DNA of 63,981 bases, counting the filler, from an uncultured bacterium (GTDB lineage: Bacteria; DAOPZR01): assembly GCA_964637655.1 (NCBI GenBank). It is 3 parts of 3 records of this genome, joined end to end, with 100 filler letters (N's around TTAATTAATTAA, not from the genome) between each part and the next. Parts side by side here need not be neighbours in the genome. Positions count along the whole stretch, not along the records: positions 45,414 to 63,981 come from CAZWUZ010000035.1; 2 more parts are not named here. The stretch is one strand, 5' to 3'. Each line of letters starts with the position of its first letter. The stretch's first letter is position 1. The notes beneath the pieces were generated by a model. That model did no database searches, had not been told where the DNA came from, and was given only the letters and a program-made list of their open reading frames with translations. Position numbers and translations under genes: made by a program. Below, piece by piece: positions 55,828 to 63,981 of the stretch.

Positions 55828-56252
55828 TTTTTCCCCCTGGCCGGGGCTCTCCCGAGTATGCGCGCCGCAAGCAATGCGGCATTGACCGCGCCCGCCTTGC
55901 CGATGCTCATCGTCGCCACGGGCACGCCGGCAGGCATCTGCAGGGTGGAGAGGAAGGCATCGACGCCGCGCAGCGTGCCGGAAATCAGCGGGACGCCGAT
56001 GACCGGGAGTGTCGTTCGTGCGGCAATGGCGCCAGCCAGGTGCGCTGACATCCCCGCCCCGGCGATGATGACGCGGTACCCGATCGCCTGCGCCCCGTCA
56101 GCGAATGCCGCCACGGCGCGCGGCTGGCGGTGCGCGGAGAGCACCTGTCGCGTATGCGCAATGCCGAGTTTCTTCAGGGTCGCGCAGCAGTGCCGCATCA
56201 CCGGCATATCGCTGCGGCTCCCCATGATGACTGCCACCACGGGCCGCTTCAT
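55824..56252 (-). CDS. purE: N5-CAIR mutase / AIR carboxylase
   Basis: [43 protein letters not shown]. Confidence 0.93.
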   Translation of the reverse strand: MKRPVVAVIMGSRSDMPVMRHCCATLKKLGIAHTRQVLSAHRQPRAVAAFADGAQAIGYRVIIAGAGMSAHLAGAIAARTTLPVIGVPLISGTLRGVDAFLSTLQMPAGVPVATMSIGKAGAVNAALLAARILGRAPARGKK

Positions 56253-57877
56253 GGCTGTTTCCCCTGCCCGAGCGCGTCCTGCGACAGGCGCATGGCGCAG
56301 AAGTCCTTGCCGCACATCGCGCAGAAATGCTCGTCGCGCGTCGTTCCCTCCGGCAGCGACTGATCATGAAATGCCGCCGCGCGCTGCGGGTCGAGCCCGA
56401 GCGCGATCTGGTCATCCCAGCGGAAGGCATAGCGCGCTTTGGCCATGGCATCGTCGCGCTGCTGCGCCCCGGGATGCCCCTTGGCCAGGTCAGCGGCATG
56501 CGCGGCAATCTTGTAGGCAACAATCCCCTCGCGCACATCGTCACGGTTGGGAAACCCGAGATGCTCCTTGGGGGTGACATAGCAGAGCATGGCGCAGCCC
56601 AGCGAGCCGATGAGCGTCGCCCCGACCATCGAGGTCATGTGGTCATACCCCGGCGCGATATCGGTGACGAGCGGCCCGAGCGTATAGAACGGGGCGCCGT
56701 CACAGGCGGCGACCTGCCGGTCCATATTTTCCTTGATCTTGTGCAGCGGGACATGACCCGGTCCCTCGATGATCACCTGTACGTCATGCTCGCGTGCGAT
56801 GCGGGTCAACTCACCGAGTGTATCGAGTTCAGCGAACTGGGCCGCATCGTTGGCGTCAGCGATACACCCCGGGCGCATGCCGTCGCCGAGCGACACCGCC
56901 ACATCGTAGGCGGCGAGTATCTCGCAGATCTCAGCGAAGCGCGTGTAGAGAAAACTTTCCTGCCCGTGCTGCCTGCACCAGTTGGCGATAATGCTGCCGC
57001 CGCGTGAGACGATGCCTGCGGTGCGCTGCGCTGCCAGCGGCACATGCGCGCGCCGCAGCCCGGCATGGATGGTGAAGTAATCCACTCCCTGTTCCGCCTG
57101 CGCGATGAGCGTGTCGCGGTAGATTTCCCAGGTCAGGTCGGCGGGATTGCTTCCCGCATTTGCCAGCGCTTCGTACATCGGTACGGTGCCGACGGGCGTG
57201 GGACAGTTGCGCAGCAGCCAAAAACGGGTCTTGCTGATGTCAGGCCCGGTGGAGAGGTCCATCACCGTGTCCGCACCCCAATGGACGGACCAGAGCATCT
57301 TTTCCAGTTCGCCCGCCAGCGAGCAGGCGACGGGTGAATTGCCGATATTGGCATTGATCTTGACGAGGTAATCGCGCCCGATGAGCATTGGCTCCGCTTC
57401 GGGATGGTTGATGTTGGCGGGGAGCGCGGCATGGCCGCGGGCAACGGCCGCGCGCACAGATTCCGGCGTGACAATATGCCCGTCGCAGCTCTCACGCAGC
57501 GCAGCAAATTCCATCTCGGGGGTGATGATCCCCTGTCGCGCATAGGCGCGTTGCGTAGGGCGTTTTCCTGCCTGCGCCTTGCGTGGCTGATGAGTAAATT
57601 GGCCGCCATGCTGCATGACGCTGCCGACTGTTTCCGTGTCGTGGCGTTCGGCAATCCACGCCTCGCGCAGGCGCGGCAGTCCGGCGGTCAGGTCGACACG
57701 CTGCGCGTTGTCGCCGTGCGCGCCCGAGGTATCATAGACGTCAAGCGTGCTGCCATCGGTGAGCGCAATCTCGCGTTGCGGCACGCGAATGTCATGGGCG
57801 CCTTCGCGGTAGACGCGACGTGATTGAGGGAACGCCGGGAGTTGCAGCCCGGCGCATTCCTGCTGCAGGGTGGTCAT
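56249..57877 (-). CDS. thiC: Phosphomethylpyrimidine synthase
   Basis: [45 protein letters not shown]. Confidence 0.97.
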   Translation of the reverse strand: MTTLQQECAGLQLPAFPQSRRVYREGAHDIRVPQREIALTDGSTLDVYDTSGAHGDNAQRVDLTAGLPRLREAWIAERHDTETVGSVMQHGGQFTHQPRKAQAGKRPTQRAYARQGIITPEMEFAALRESCDGHIVTPESVRAAVARGHAALPANINHPEAEPMLIGRDYLVKINANIGNSPVACSLAGELEKMLWSVHWGADTVMDLSTGPDISKTRFWLLRNCPTPVGTVPMYEALANAGSNPADLTWEIYRDTLIAQAEQGVDYFTIHAGLRRAHVPLAAQRTAGIVSRGGSIIANWCRQHGQESFLYTRFAEICEILAAYDVAVSLGDGMRPGCIADANDAAQFAELDTLGELTRIAREHDVQVIIEGPGHVPLHKIKENMDRQVAACDGAPFYTLGPLVTDIAPGYDHMTSMVGATLIGSLGCAMLCYVTPKEHLGFPNRDDVREGIVAYKIAAHAADLAKGHPGAQQRDDAMAKARYAFRWDDQIALGLDPQRAAAFHDQSLPEGTTRDEHFCAMCGKDFCAMRLSQDALGQGKQP

Positions 57878-58488
57878 GTGTGTGCCTCCGTGTTCAGGAT
57901 ATGTGCCAGGACTTCATCTGCCATTTTCGCCGCGGCCACCATGACGCGCGGAGCAAGCGGCGGTGCCACCGCGACATCGCTGCAACCGTCGCCAACTACC
58001 GTCAGTCCGCGCAGCCGCCGCACGGTGATGGCGTCGCTGTTCCCGCACCCGGCCAGCCCGGAACCCGCGACGAGGAGCGACACGCTGCCATGCATGGCTT
58101 CGACCAGCATGGCCTTGCTCGCAGCGCCGTCAAACGCTTCGACCAGCACGGTGCAGCCGGCATAAAGCGTACGCGCGTTGCCGGCCTCGATGCGGCAGCG
58201 GTGCAGCGTCAGGTCAAGGTCGGGATTGATACGCCGCAGGTTCGTTGCCAGTGCCTCGACTTTCGGCTCCCCGGCCTGAGCAGCGAAGAAGAACTGGCGG
58301 TTGAGATTGGCGGAAACAACGTCATCGAAATCGGCAAGCACCAGACGGGTGATGCCCGCGCGGACGAGGGCGTGCGCGATATTCGAGCCGAGTCCGCCGG
58401 CACCGGCGATCCCGACACATGCGGCAGCAAGTCGTGCCTGCTGCAGCGGCGTGTAGTAGGCGGCGCTGACGGCAGCAAACGCGCTCAT
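57874..58488 (-). CDS. thiF: ThiS adenylyltransferase
   Basis: [29 protein letters not shown]; in thi operon. Confidence 0.9.
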   Translation of the reverse strand: MSAFAAVSAAYYTPLQQARLAAACVGIAGAGGLGSNIAHALVRAGITRLVLADFDDVVSANLNRQFFFAAQAGEPKVEALATNLRRINPDLDLTLHRCRIEAGNARTLYAGCTVLVEAFDGAASKAMLVEAMHGSVSLLVAGSGLAGCGNSDAITVRRLRGLTVVGDGCSDVAVAPPLAPRVMVAAAKMADEVLAHILNTEAHT

Positions 58489-59579
58489 GAGGCGCACCTG
58501 ACCCAGTCGTGCAGCACCGGCTCGTAGCCGGCACCGCGCAGCGCCGCCATCACCTCGGAGAGCGAACGCTCATCGGCAATGCTGAACTGCGGCACGGCCG
58601 CCTCCCCCGCGGTATGCCCGCCAACCGCGGTGCAGGAGGCAGCGGAGAGGCGCGTAATGCCCAGCGGCAGCAGGCGGTCGCGCAACGATGCACGCTCGCG
58701 CGTGGAGAGGGTCAGCCCGGCATGCGGCAGGAAGAGGCGCAGCGCGCAGAGCGCCTGCACATAGTCGGCATCGCTGACCGGGCAGGGCGGCACGAAACCA
58801 CCCGTCTCGGGGCGCAGGCGCGGCAGCGCGATAGTTACCGCGCAACCGGGGTAGCGGCGTTCCAGCCACTGCGCGTGCAGCGCGGCGCGCCAGACATCGC
58901 TGCGCCAGTCATGCAGCCCGAGCAGTACGCCGACGGTGACCGACTGCATCCCGGCAGCCGCGGCGCGTGCCGGTGCATCGAGCCGGAAGTCAAAGTCCGC
59001 TTTCGGCCCGCGCGTATGCAGTTGCGCGTAGGTGGCGCGGTCGTAGGTTTCCTGATAGATGGTCAGCGCATCCGCACCGGCCGCAACCAGCCGCGCATAC
59101 TCGTCCTGCGTCAGCGCATAGATTTCCGCCCCCACCGAACTGAACTGCTGCGCGAGCAGGTGCGCCGCCTCGCACAGGTAGTCGACACCGGTGACACTGC
59201 GTGCATCACCGGTGAGCATCAGCACGTGGCGGAAGCCGAGCGCGGCAAGGTGTTTTGCCTCGCGGCTAATGGCATCCGCATCCATGCGCGTGCGCGGTGT
59301 TGCGTGCCGCGCGGAAAAGCCGCAGTAGCGGCAGTCATTCTCGCAGGCATCGGCGAGATAGAGCGGGGTGAAGAGCGTTTTCGCGCGCCCGAAATGGCGC
59401 AACGTCAGCGCCTGCGCCCGCTGCGCCATCGCCTCGAGATGCGGCCGCACAGCCGGAGAGAGAAACGCAGCCAGACCGCACTCGTCGACACTGTCAGCGG
59501 CGAGCGCACGCGTCACTGCCCGCTCGTCTGCGACAGGAAAGGCGTCAGGCAGCCGGGCCAGGACGCTGGCGAAACTCAT
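58485..59579 (-). CDS. thiH: 2-iminoacetate synthase (radical SAM)
   Basis: [32 protein letters not shown]. Confidence 0.93.
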   Translation of the reverse strand: MSFASVLARLPDAFPVADERAVTRALAADSVDECGLAAFLSPAVRPHLEAMAQRAQALTLRHFGRAKTLFTPLYLADACENDCRYCGFSARHATPRTRMDADAISREAKHLAALGFRHVLMLTGDARSVTGVDYLCEAAHLLAQQFSSVGAEIYALTQDEYARLVAAGADALTIYQETYDRATYAQLHTRGPKADFDFRLDAPARAAAAGMQSVTVGVLLGLHDWRSDVWRAALHAQWLERRYPGCAVTIALPRLRPETGGFVPPCPVSDADYVQALCALRLFLPHAGLTLSTRERASLRDRLLPLGITRLSAASCTAVGGHTAGEAAVPQFSIADERSLSEVMAALRGAGYEPVLHDWVRCAS

Positions 59580-60361
59580 GCCGGCGTATCCTCATGCAGA
59601 AACCCGGTGAGCGGGGAACTGGCCTGCGCTGCGGGGAGTTGCACACCGCGGCCGCCGGCAAGAAAGGCACGACGCCCCGCGCGCACCGCCTCCGCAAACG
59701 CCTCGCACATCGCGGGTGGATCAGCCGCGGTGGCAATCGCGGTATTGACCAGCACCGCGGCGCAGCCCAATTCCATGCAGAGCGCGGCATCAGACGGCAT
59801 CCCCAGCCCGGCATCGACGACGACGGGGAGCGTGCATTCATGCACGAGGATTTCCACCAGTTCACGCGTCCGCAGGCCGCGCCCTGTCCCGATGTGCGCC
59901 CCCAGCGGCCGGATGGCAGCCGCGCCCGCTTCCTGCAGCCGTCGCGCGGCCTAGAGATCGGGGGCCATGTAGGGGAGTACCGTGAACCCTTCGCGTGCCA
60001 GTATCTCCGTGGCGCGTATCGTTGCCTCATTGTCGGGGAGCAGGTAGCGGTTGTCGGCAACCACCTCGATCTTGACCCAGTCACCGCATCCCGCCGCGCG
60101 CGCCAGCCGGGCGATGCGTATCGCTTCCTCCGTCGTGCGTGCCCCCGAAGTGTTGGGAAGGAGCAGGCATCCTTCCGGTACCTGCGTGCGGATATCGGTC
60201 TCTGCGCTGCGCGGGTCGACCCGCCGCACCGCGACCGTCACCACTTCGACGCCGGAGCGCGCGATGGCTTCGCCTACCTGCGCGGGATTGCCGAATTTGC
60301 CGGTGCCGATGAAGAGGCGGCTGCGCAGCGCGCGCCCCCCGATGATGAGTGTGTCATCCAT
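59576..60361 (-). pseudogene. thiG: Thiazole synthase with in-frame TAG at 59951-59953
   Basis: [40 protein letters not shown] continues in frame to VDAG.G.PSDA..MELG, ASSP. Confidence 0.8.
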
Positions 60362-60362
60362 C

Positions 60363-61208
60363 TCAGCCGCCTCCCACGAACCCGACGATTTCGAGCGTGT
60401 TGTCATCCTGCAGCATGGTTGCCGGCCATGCATCACGCATGAGGATGGAACCGTTGTATTCGACCACCACCCGCTCGCTGCGATACCCGCGCGCGGTGAG
60501 CAGGTGCGCCAGCGTGCAGCCGGCGGGTACTGTTTGCGGTTTGCCGTTGATGGTGACCCGTACCGGGGCCGGGCCGGCGGCGATGATGCCGTTGAGTTGC
60601 CGCACCGCCGCGGCAATGTCGGGCGCCTGCGCCACCGCGCGGATGACCGCAAGCAGGCGCGCCCCCTGCGCGACAAGGGCGCCGGCATTGCCGGCATCGA
60701 TACCGCCGATAAAAACCGCCGGCATCTCCGCCGCCGCCAGCACTTCGGGCACGGCTTCACTGCCGATATGGTAGTCCTTGGCCTTCGTCGGAAAGAGTGG
60801 CCCATAGGCGGCATAATCAATGGCCATACGCTGCGCGGCGCGGAAGAGGTCGGGCGAATGGGTGGAAAGCCCGATGATGCGGTCGCCCACAATCGACCGC
60901 ACCTGTGCAAGTGTGGTCGCGGCGAGGTCCTCCTGCCCGAGGTGTACTCCGTCAGCATCCACCGCGACCGCCAGTTCCGGGTCGTCATTGATGATGCAGC
61001 ATACCCCGCGCGCGCGGCAGAGTTCGCGCGCCGTACGCGCGTAGGCGAGATACTCCGCACGCGGCATGGACTTTTCCCGGAGTTGCAGGACAGTGATGCC
61101 GCCGTCGAGCGCCTGCCGCACCACTTCCAGCGGCGGCAGGTCAGCGCGGTACTCGCTGCTCCAGACGAAGTAGACACCATGGTCAGGAAGCGGGATATGG
61201 TCAGACAT
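60363..61208 (-). CDS. thiE: Thiamine-phosphate synthase fused to C-terminal ThiS sulfur carrier
   Basis: [27 protein letters not shown]-terminal INGK...VEYNG...[10 protein letters not shown]. Confidence 0.9.
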   Translation of the reverse strand: MSDHIPLPDHGVYFVWSSEYRADLPPLEVVRQALDGGITVLQLREKSMPRAEYLAYARTARELCRARGVCCIINDDPELAVAVDADGVHLGQEDLAATTLAQVRSIVGDRIIGLSTHSPDLFRAAQRMAIDYAAYGPLFPTKAKDYHIGSEAVPEVLAAAEMPAVFIGGIDAGNAGALVAQGARLLAVIRAVAQAPDIAAAVRQLNGIIAAGPAPVRVTINGKPQTVPAGCTLAHLLTARGYRSERVVVEYNGSILMRDAWPATMLQDDNTLEIVGFVGGG

Positions 61209-61228
61209 GGCGTGCTCGCTGCGGACGG

Positions 61229-61267
61229 GAAAAGAAGAGCCGTAATCCCGCCCTGATGGAATTACGG
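61229..61267 (-). terminator. Riboswitch expression-platform terminator
   Basis: CCGTAATTCC...GGGATTACGG followed by CTCTTCTTTT between aptamer and thiE. Confidence 0.7.
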
Positions 61268-61276
61268 TGCATGGCA

Positions 61277-61362
61277 ACCGTTCCTTCCCTTCGCCGGCAT
61301 GACCCGGATCAGGTTCGATGGGTATGATCTCAGCCCCGCATCCGGGGCACCCCGCGGCGGTA
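61277..61362 (-). ncRNA. TPP riboswitch
   Basis: GGGGTGCCCC...GGGCTGAGA..ATACCC..GAACCTGATCCGGGTCATGCCGGCGAAGGGAA upstream of the thi operon. Confidence 0.95.
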
Positions 61363-61384
61363 TCCGCCGTCAGATTGTGGACGC

Positions 61385-61413
61385 ACAATAGCATCGTCCA
61401 TCTGTTCCGTCAA
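61385..61413 (-). promoter_or_regulatory. Promoter of the thi-pur operon
   Basis: TTGACG-N17-TATTGT with extended TG. Confidence 0.65.
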
Positions 61414-61546
61414 ACGGGCAACCGCAAAAGCGCAACGCAGGCGCACGCGAAGCGTTTTTTGCCTTACCACAAACCGCCGGTATCATGCACTACATTCCCA
61501 CTGACCCCTCCGGCGCTTGCCTGATCCCCGATATTCTTACCACAGA

Positions 61547-61567
61547 AAATGGGGACTGTCCCCATTT
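61547..61567. repeat. REP-like palindrome AAATGGGGACTGTCCCCATTT
   Basis: 10-bp arms around one base. Confidence 0.65.
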
Positions 61568-61587
61568 ATTTTATGCTATACTACGGT

Positions 61588-62583
61588 ATGCGCTGCTCAC
61601 TGCTGGTGATTGCCTGCCTGATATGTGCTGCGCCTGCTGCCGCGGGTCTGCTCGACGACCGTTATGCCAATGCCGTGACTGACGCCCGTACCATCCTCCC
61701 CACCGAGATGCAGGTGACACTATTGACCATGGACGCAGGCACTCCCGCGCTGCAGTGGCGCTACGACAGCGGCGAAACCTACACCCTCATGGTCGCCTAC
61801 ACGAAGTATCCCGGTTCGTTCAGCGGCAGCGTCGGGGATACCATGATCCTGCGCTGGGGGAAGACCTGGGTGACAGCAGCCCCGCAGATGGAGCAGTTCC
61901 TGCGCACTGCCGACCTCGCCCCGGCTGAGCGCAATACGCGGCTCTGCCAGCTGCTCGGGCTGCCTGCCACTCCCGCCTACCAGGCACTGGTCTTCATGTG
62001 GGTGCGCCCGCAGGACATGTTCCGCCCCGCCTACGATTCCAGTGTGCTTGCCGCTGCCATCGTCGACACCTTTCCCGCGGGGACGGACACGCCGTACATC
62101 GCCTGGTTTACCGGCTATGAGACGGCTGCCTACAATGGCGCGACGAAGTACCCGTGGACACGACTCGGCTACACCTACGATTGGGGGAGCACGTCGTTTC
62201 CGCCGGCCGGGTTGAGCGAGTTCGTCGTCACCGACAGTGCCATCGTCCGCATTGCGGCCGTGGTGTACGACTATGCGTATGGCATGACCGGAAGCAATGA
62301 CGGGGTGTTTGTCTATCCCAACCCGTATGTGCCGGACGACGGGAATGCCGCCACCGGCACCGCCGCATCCGGCCTGTACTTCGACAATCTCATGCCCGCC
62401 TCGCGCCTCGTTATCTACACGCTTGACGGAAGGCAGGTGCGCACGCTGCAGAACGGCAACACGCTGCGCCTGCAATGGGACGGCCGTGATGACGACGGGC
62501 GCGAACTGGCCAGCGGCGTCTACCTGTACACCGTCAGTGGTGTCTACGGTACGCACAGCGCGCGCTTCGTCATCATCCGCTGA
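61588..62583 (+). CDS. Secreted protein of unknown function with T9SS-like CTD
   Basis: Signal peptide; RL.QLLGLP, YPWTRLGYTYDWG, GLSEF; CTD VYPNPY...WDGRDDDG.ELASGVY...IIR. Confidence 0.8.
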   Translation: MRCSLLVIACLICAAPAAAGLLDDRYANAVTDARTILPTEMQVTLLTMDAGTPALQWRYDSGETYTLMVAYTKYPGSFSGSVGDTMILRWGKTWVTAAPQMEQFLRTADLAPAERNTRLCQLLGLPATPAYQALVFMWVRPQDMFRPAYDSSVLAAAIVDTFPAGTDTPYIAWFTGYETAAYNGATKYPWTRLGYTYDWGSTSFPPAGLSEFVVTDSAIVRIAAVVYDYAYGMTGSNDGVFVYPNPYVPDDGNAATGTAASGLYFDNLMPASRLVIYTLDGRQVRTLQNGNTLRLQWDGRDDDGRELASGVYLYTVSGVYGTHSARFVIIR

Positions 62584-63323
62584 TGGATCTCTCGCAGCCG
62601 TTCCCCGCGGAGCGCTACCGCAGCGAAATCGTGCCACAACTGCGCATGAACCCGCTGGCAGATGACCTTGCTGCGTTTACCGGGCTTGCCCCGGAAGAGA
62701 TCACCCGCCGCAGCCGCAACGCGGAAGCCGACCTGATGCGCGAATGGTGCACTGCCCCGCCGGTACTGACCGACACCGCGGTGCGCGACGTCTACCGCCG
62801 CTGCACCACCGGCTACCTGTTTCACTGGGCGTATGCCGACCGCTACCGCTACACCAAATACCATCATATCCGTCCCTTGCTGCGCGGCAGGACGCTGCTC
62901 GATTACGGCACTGCTTCGGGGTGCATGGCGCTCTTTGCCAGCCGCCTCGACGGTTTCGCGGTTACCGCCGCTGACATCGACACCCCGTACTTCCGCTTCG
63001 CGCAGTTCCGTTTCGCGAAATATGGCGGTGTGACTGCACTCGATACGGAGCAGGAACAGGTGCCGCCAGGTGCGTTCGATGCGGTGCTGCTGCTCGATGT
63101 GCTCGAACATGTCGTCGACTGGCGCACGGTGCTCGATACCTGCCTGCAGGCGCTCGCCCCCGGCGGCCGTCTCATTCTCGATGTCGCGCTCAACACCTAT
63201 GACGGCGGCGCCCTGCATATCTGCGACCGCACGGGACTTGATGCTGCCACGCTGCAGGCACATCGCGAACTGCGCGGCCGGCGCGAAACGTGGCGCGAAG
63301 GTCCGCTCGCCATCTGGGAATGA
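62583..63323 (+). CDS. Class I SAM-dependent methyltransferase
   Basis: LLDYGTASG, FDAVLLLDVLEHV, LAPGG. Confidence 0.85.
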   Translation: MDLSQPFPAERYRSEIVPQLRMNPLADDLAAFTGLAPEEITRRSRNAEADLMREWCTAPPVLTDTAVRDVYRRCTTGYLFHWAYADRYRYTKYHHIRPLLRGRTLLDYGTASGCMALFASRLDGFAVTAADIDTPYFRFAQFRFAKYGGVTALDTEQEQVPPGAFDAVLLLDVLEHVVDWRTVLDTCLQALAPGGRLILDVALNTYDGGALHICDRTGLDAATLQAHRELRGRRETWREGPLAIWE

Positions 63324-63981
63324 GTACCGACAGCCCGTTTCCGCCGCTGCGCTTTGCCGGCACGCTGCGCCCGTCGCAGGCGGATGCGCTGGCTGCTGCG
63401 CAGCGGGCGCTCGCTGCCGGAGAACGCCGCCTGCATATCGTCGCCCCGCCCGGGTCGGGCAAGACCGTGCTCGGTCTCTATCTCTGGGCCGAAGTCATGC
63501 GCACCCGCGCCCTCGTCCTGTCGCCCAATACCGCCATCCAGAGCCAGTGGCGCGACCGGGTTGCACTCTTTGCCGAGGACGCGGAGAGCGGGGACCTGGT
63601 TGCGGACAGGCCCGGACAGAGCGCGTGGCTCACCACCCTCACCTATCAGAGCGTCACCCTTCCGGCCACCGGCAGCGCTGATCTCGATAGCAGTGCGCGG
63701 GACCGGTGGCTCGAGACCCTCGTCGCGGAAGGAGAGGCGCGCGATCCGCAGGAAGCGGAAATCTGGCTGCGCGACCTGGCGACGCACAATCCCGATTACT
63801 ATGCGCAGCGGCTCGCGACCTACCGCAAGCAGGTACGTGACACAACCGCCCTGCAGGGCGATGCGCTGGCGGTGCTGCACGCCTCCGCGCAACAGACGCT
63901 GGCGGCATTGCAGCGCGACGGCATCGGGTTGATCATCCTCGATGAATGTCATCATCTGCTCGGGCATTGGGGACGCGTGCT
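63320..63981 (+). CDS. SF2 DExH helicase (ResIII-like), runs off the window
   Basis: LRPSQ, APPGSGKT, LSPNTAIQSQW, TYQS, LIILDECHHL; ATGA overlap; absent from the ORF track because no stop. Confidence 0.85.
   Translation, partial: MSTDSPFPPLRFAGTLRPSQADALAAAQRALAAGERRLHIVAPPGSGKTVLGLYLWAEVMRTRALVLSPNTAIQSQWRDRVALFAEDAESGDLVADRPGQSAWLTTLTYQSVTLPATGSADLDSSARDRWLETLVAEGEARDPQEAEIWLRDLATHNPDYYAQRLATYRKQVRDTTALQGDALAVLHASAQQTLAALQRDGIGLIILDECHHLLGHWGRV

Noticed and set aside
59951-59953. Genome-wide amber recoding
   Set aside because: TAG terminates several genes at their expected ends in this window and no other gene shows an internal TAG.
61209-61394. N-terminal extension of ThiE in the ORF track
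   Set aside because: It overlaps the TPP riboswitch and its terminator; the real start is the ATG at 61208.

Overview
High-GC bacterial draft or metagenome-assembled sequence from a diderm organism. It consists of three contig pieces joined by 100-bp N/TTAATTAATTAA spacers (23156-23255, 45314-45413), so adjacency across those joins carries no meaning. Piece 1 (1-23155) holds a GAF-PP2C-RsbW/STAS/mlaEFD/DTW operon, an M48 peptidase/lipoprotein/beta-barrel cluster, mscL, tRNA-Gln(CTG) and a REP-like repeat cluster. It continues with a long minus-strand run (OmpA-vWA, secreted metacaspase, MFS, GT2, class III cyclase, ABC binding protein, CDF transporter, YkgJ, ppiC), xth and a partial pyrG. Piece 2 (23256-45313) holds mscS, an orphan CARF-HEPN (TIGR02710-like) gene, a FecR/TbpB-barrel surface protein, DUF4062 and Fic genes and a YfhO GT-C. 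It also carries a translationally coupled operon of a giant T9SS-like CTD cargo (5' end broken), PorV-TPR, a Slam/DUF560 barrel and an exported protein. Piece 3 (45414-63981) holds NHLP-type ABC exporters, PilC/MoxR/DUF58/DUF4129, two small Cys-rich secreted peptides and an inverted-repeat-bounded cassette carrying a stand-alone LytS 5TM gene. It ends with a TPP-riboswitch thiamine operon (thiE-thiS fusion, thiG with an in-frame amber stop, thiH, thiF, thiC) that unusually runs on into purE and purC, then a second CTD protein, a methyltransferase and a partial SF2 helicase. No CRISPR array or rRNA was seen. All product calls rest on motif recognition by eye; no database searches were run.
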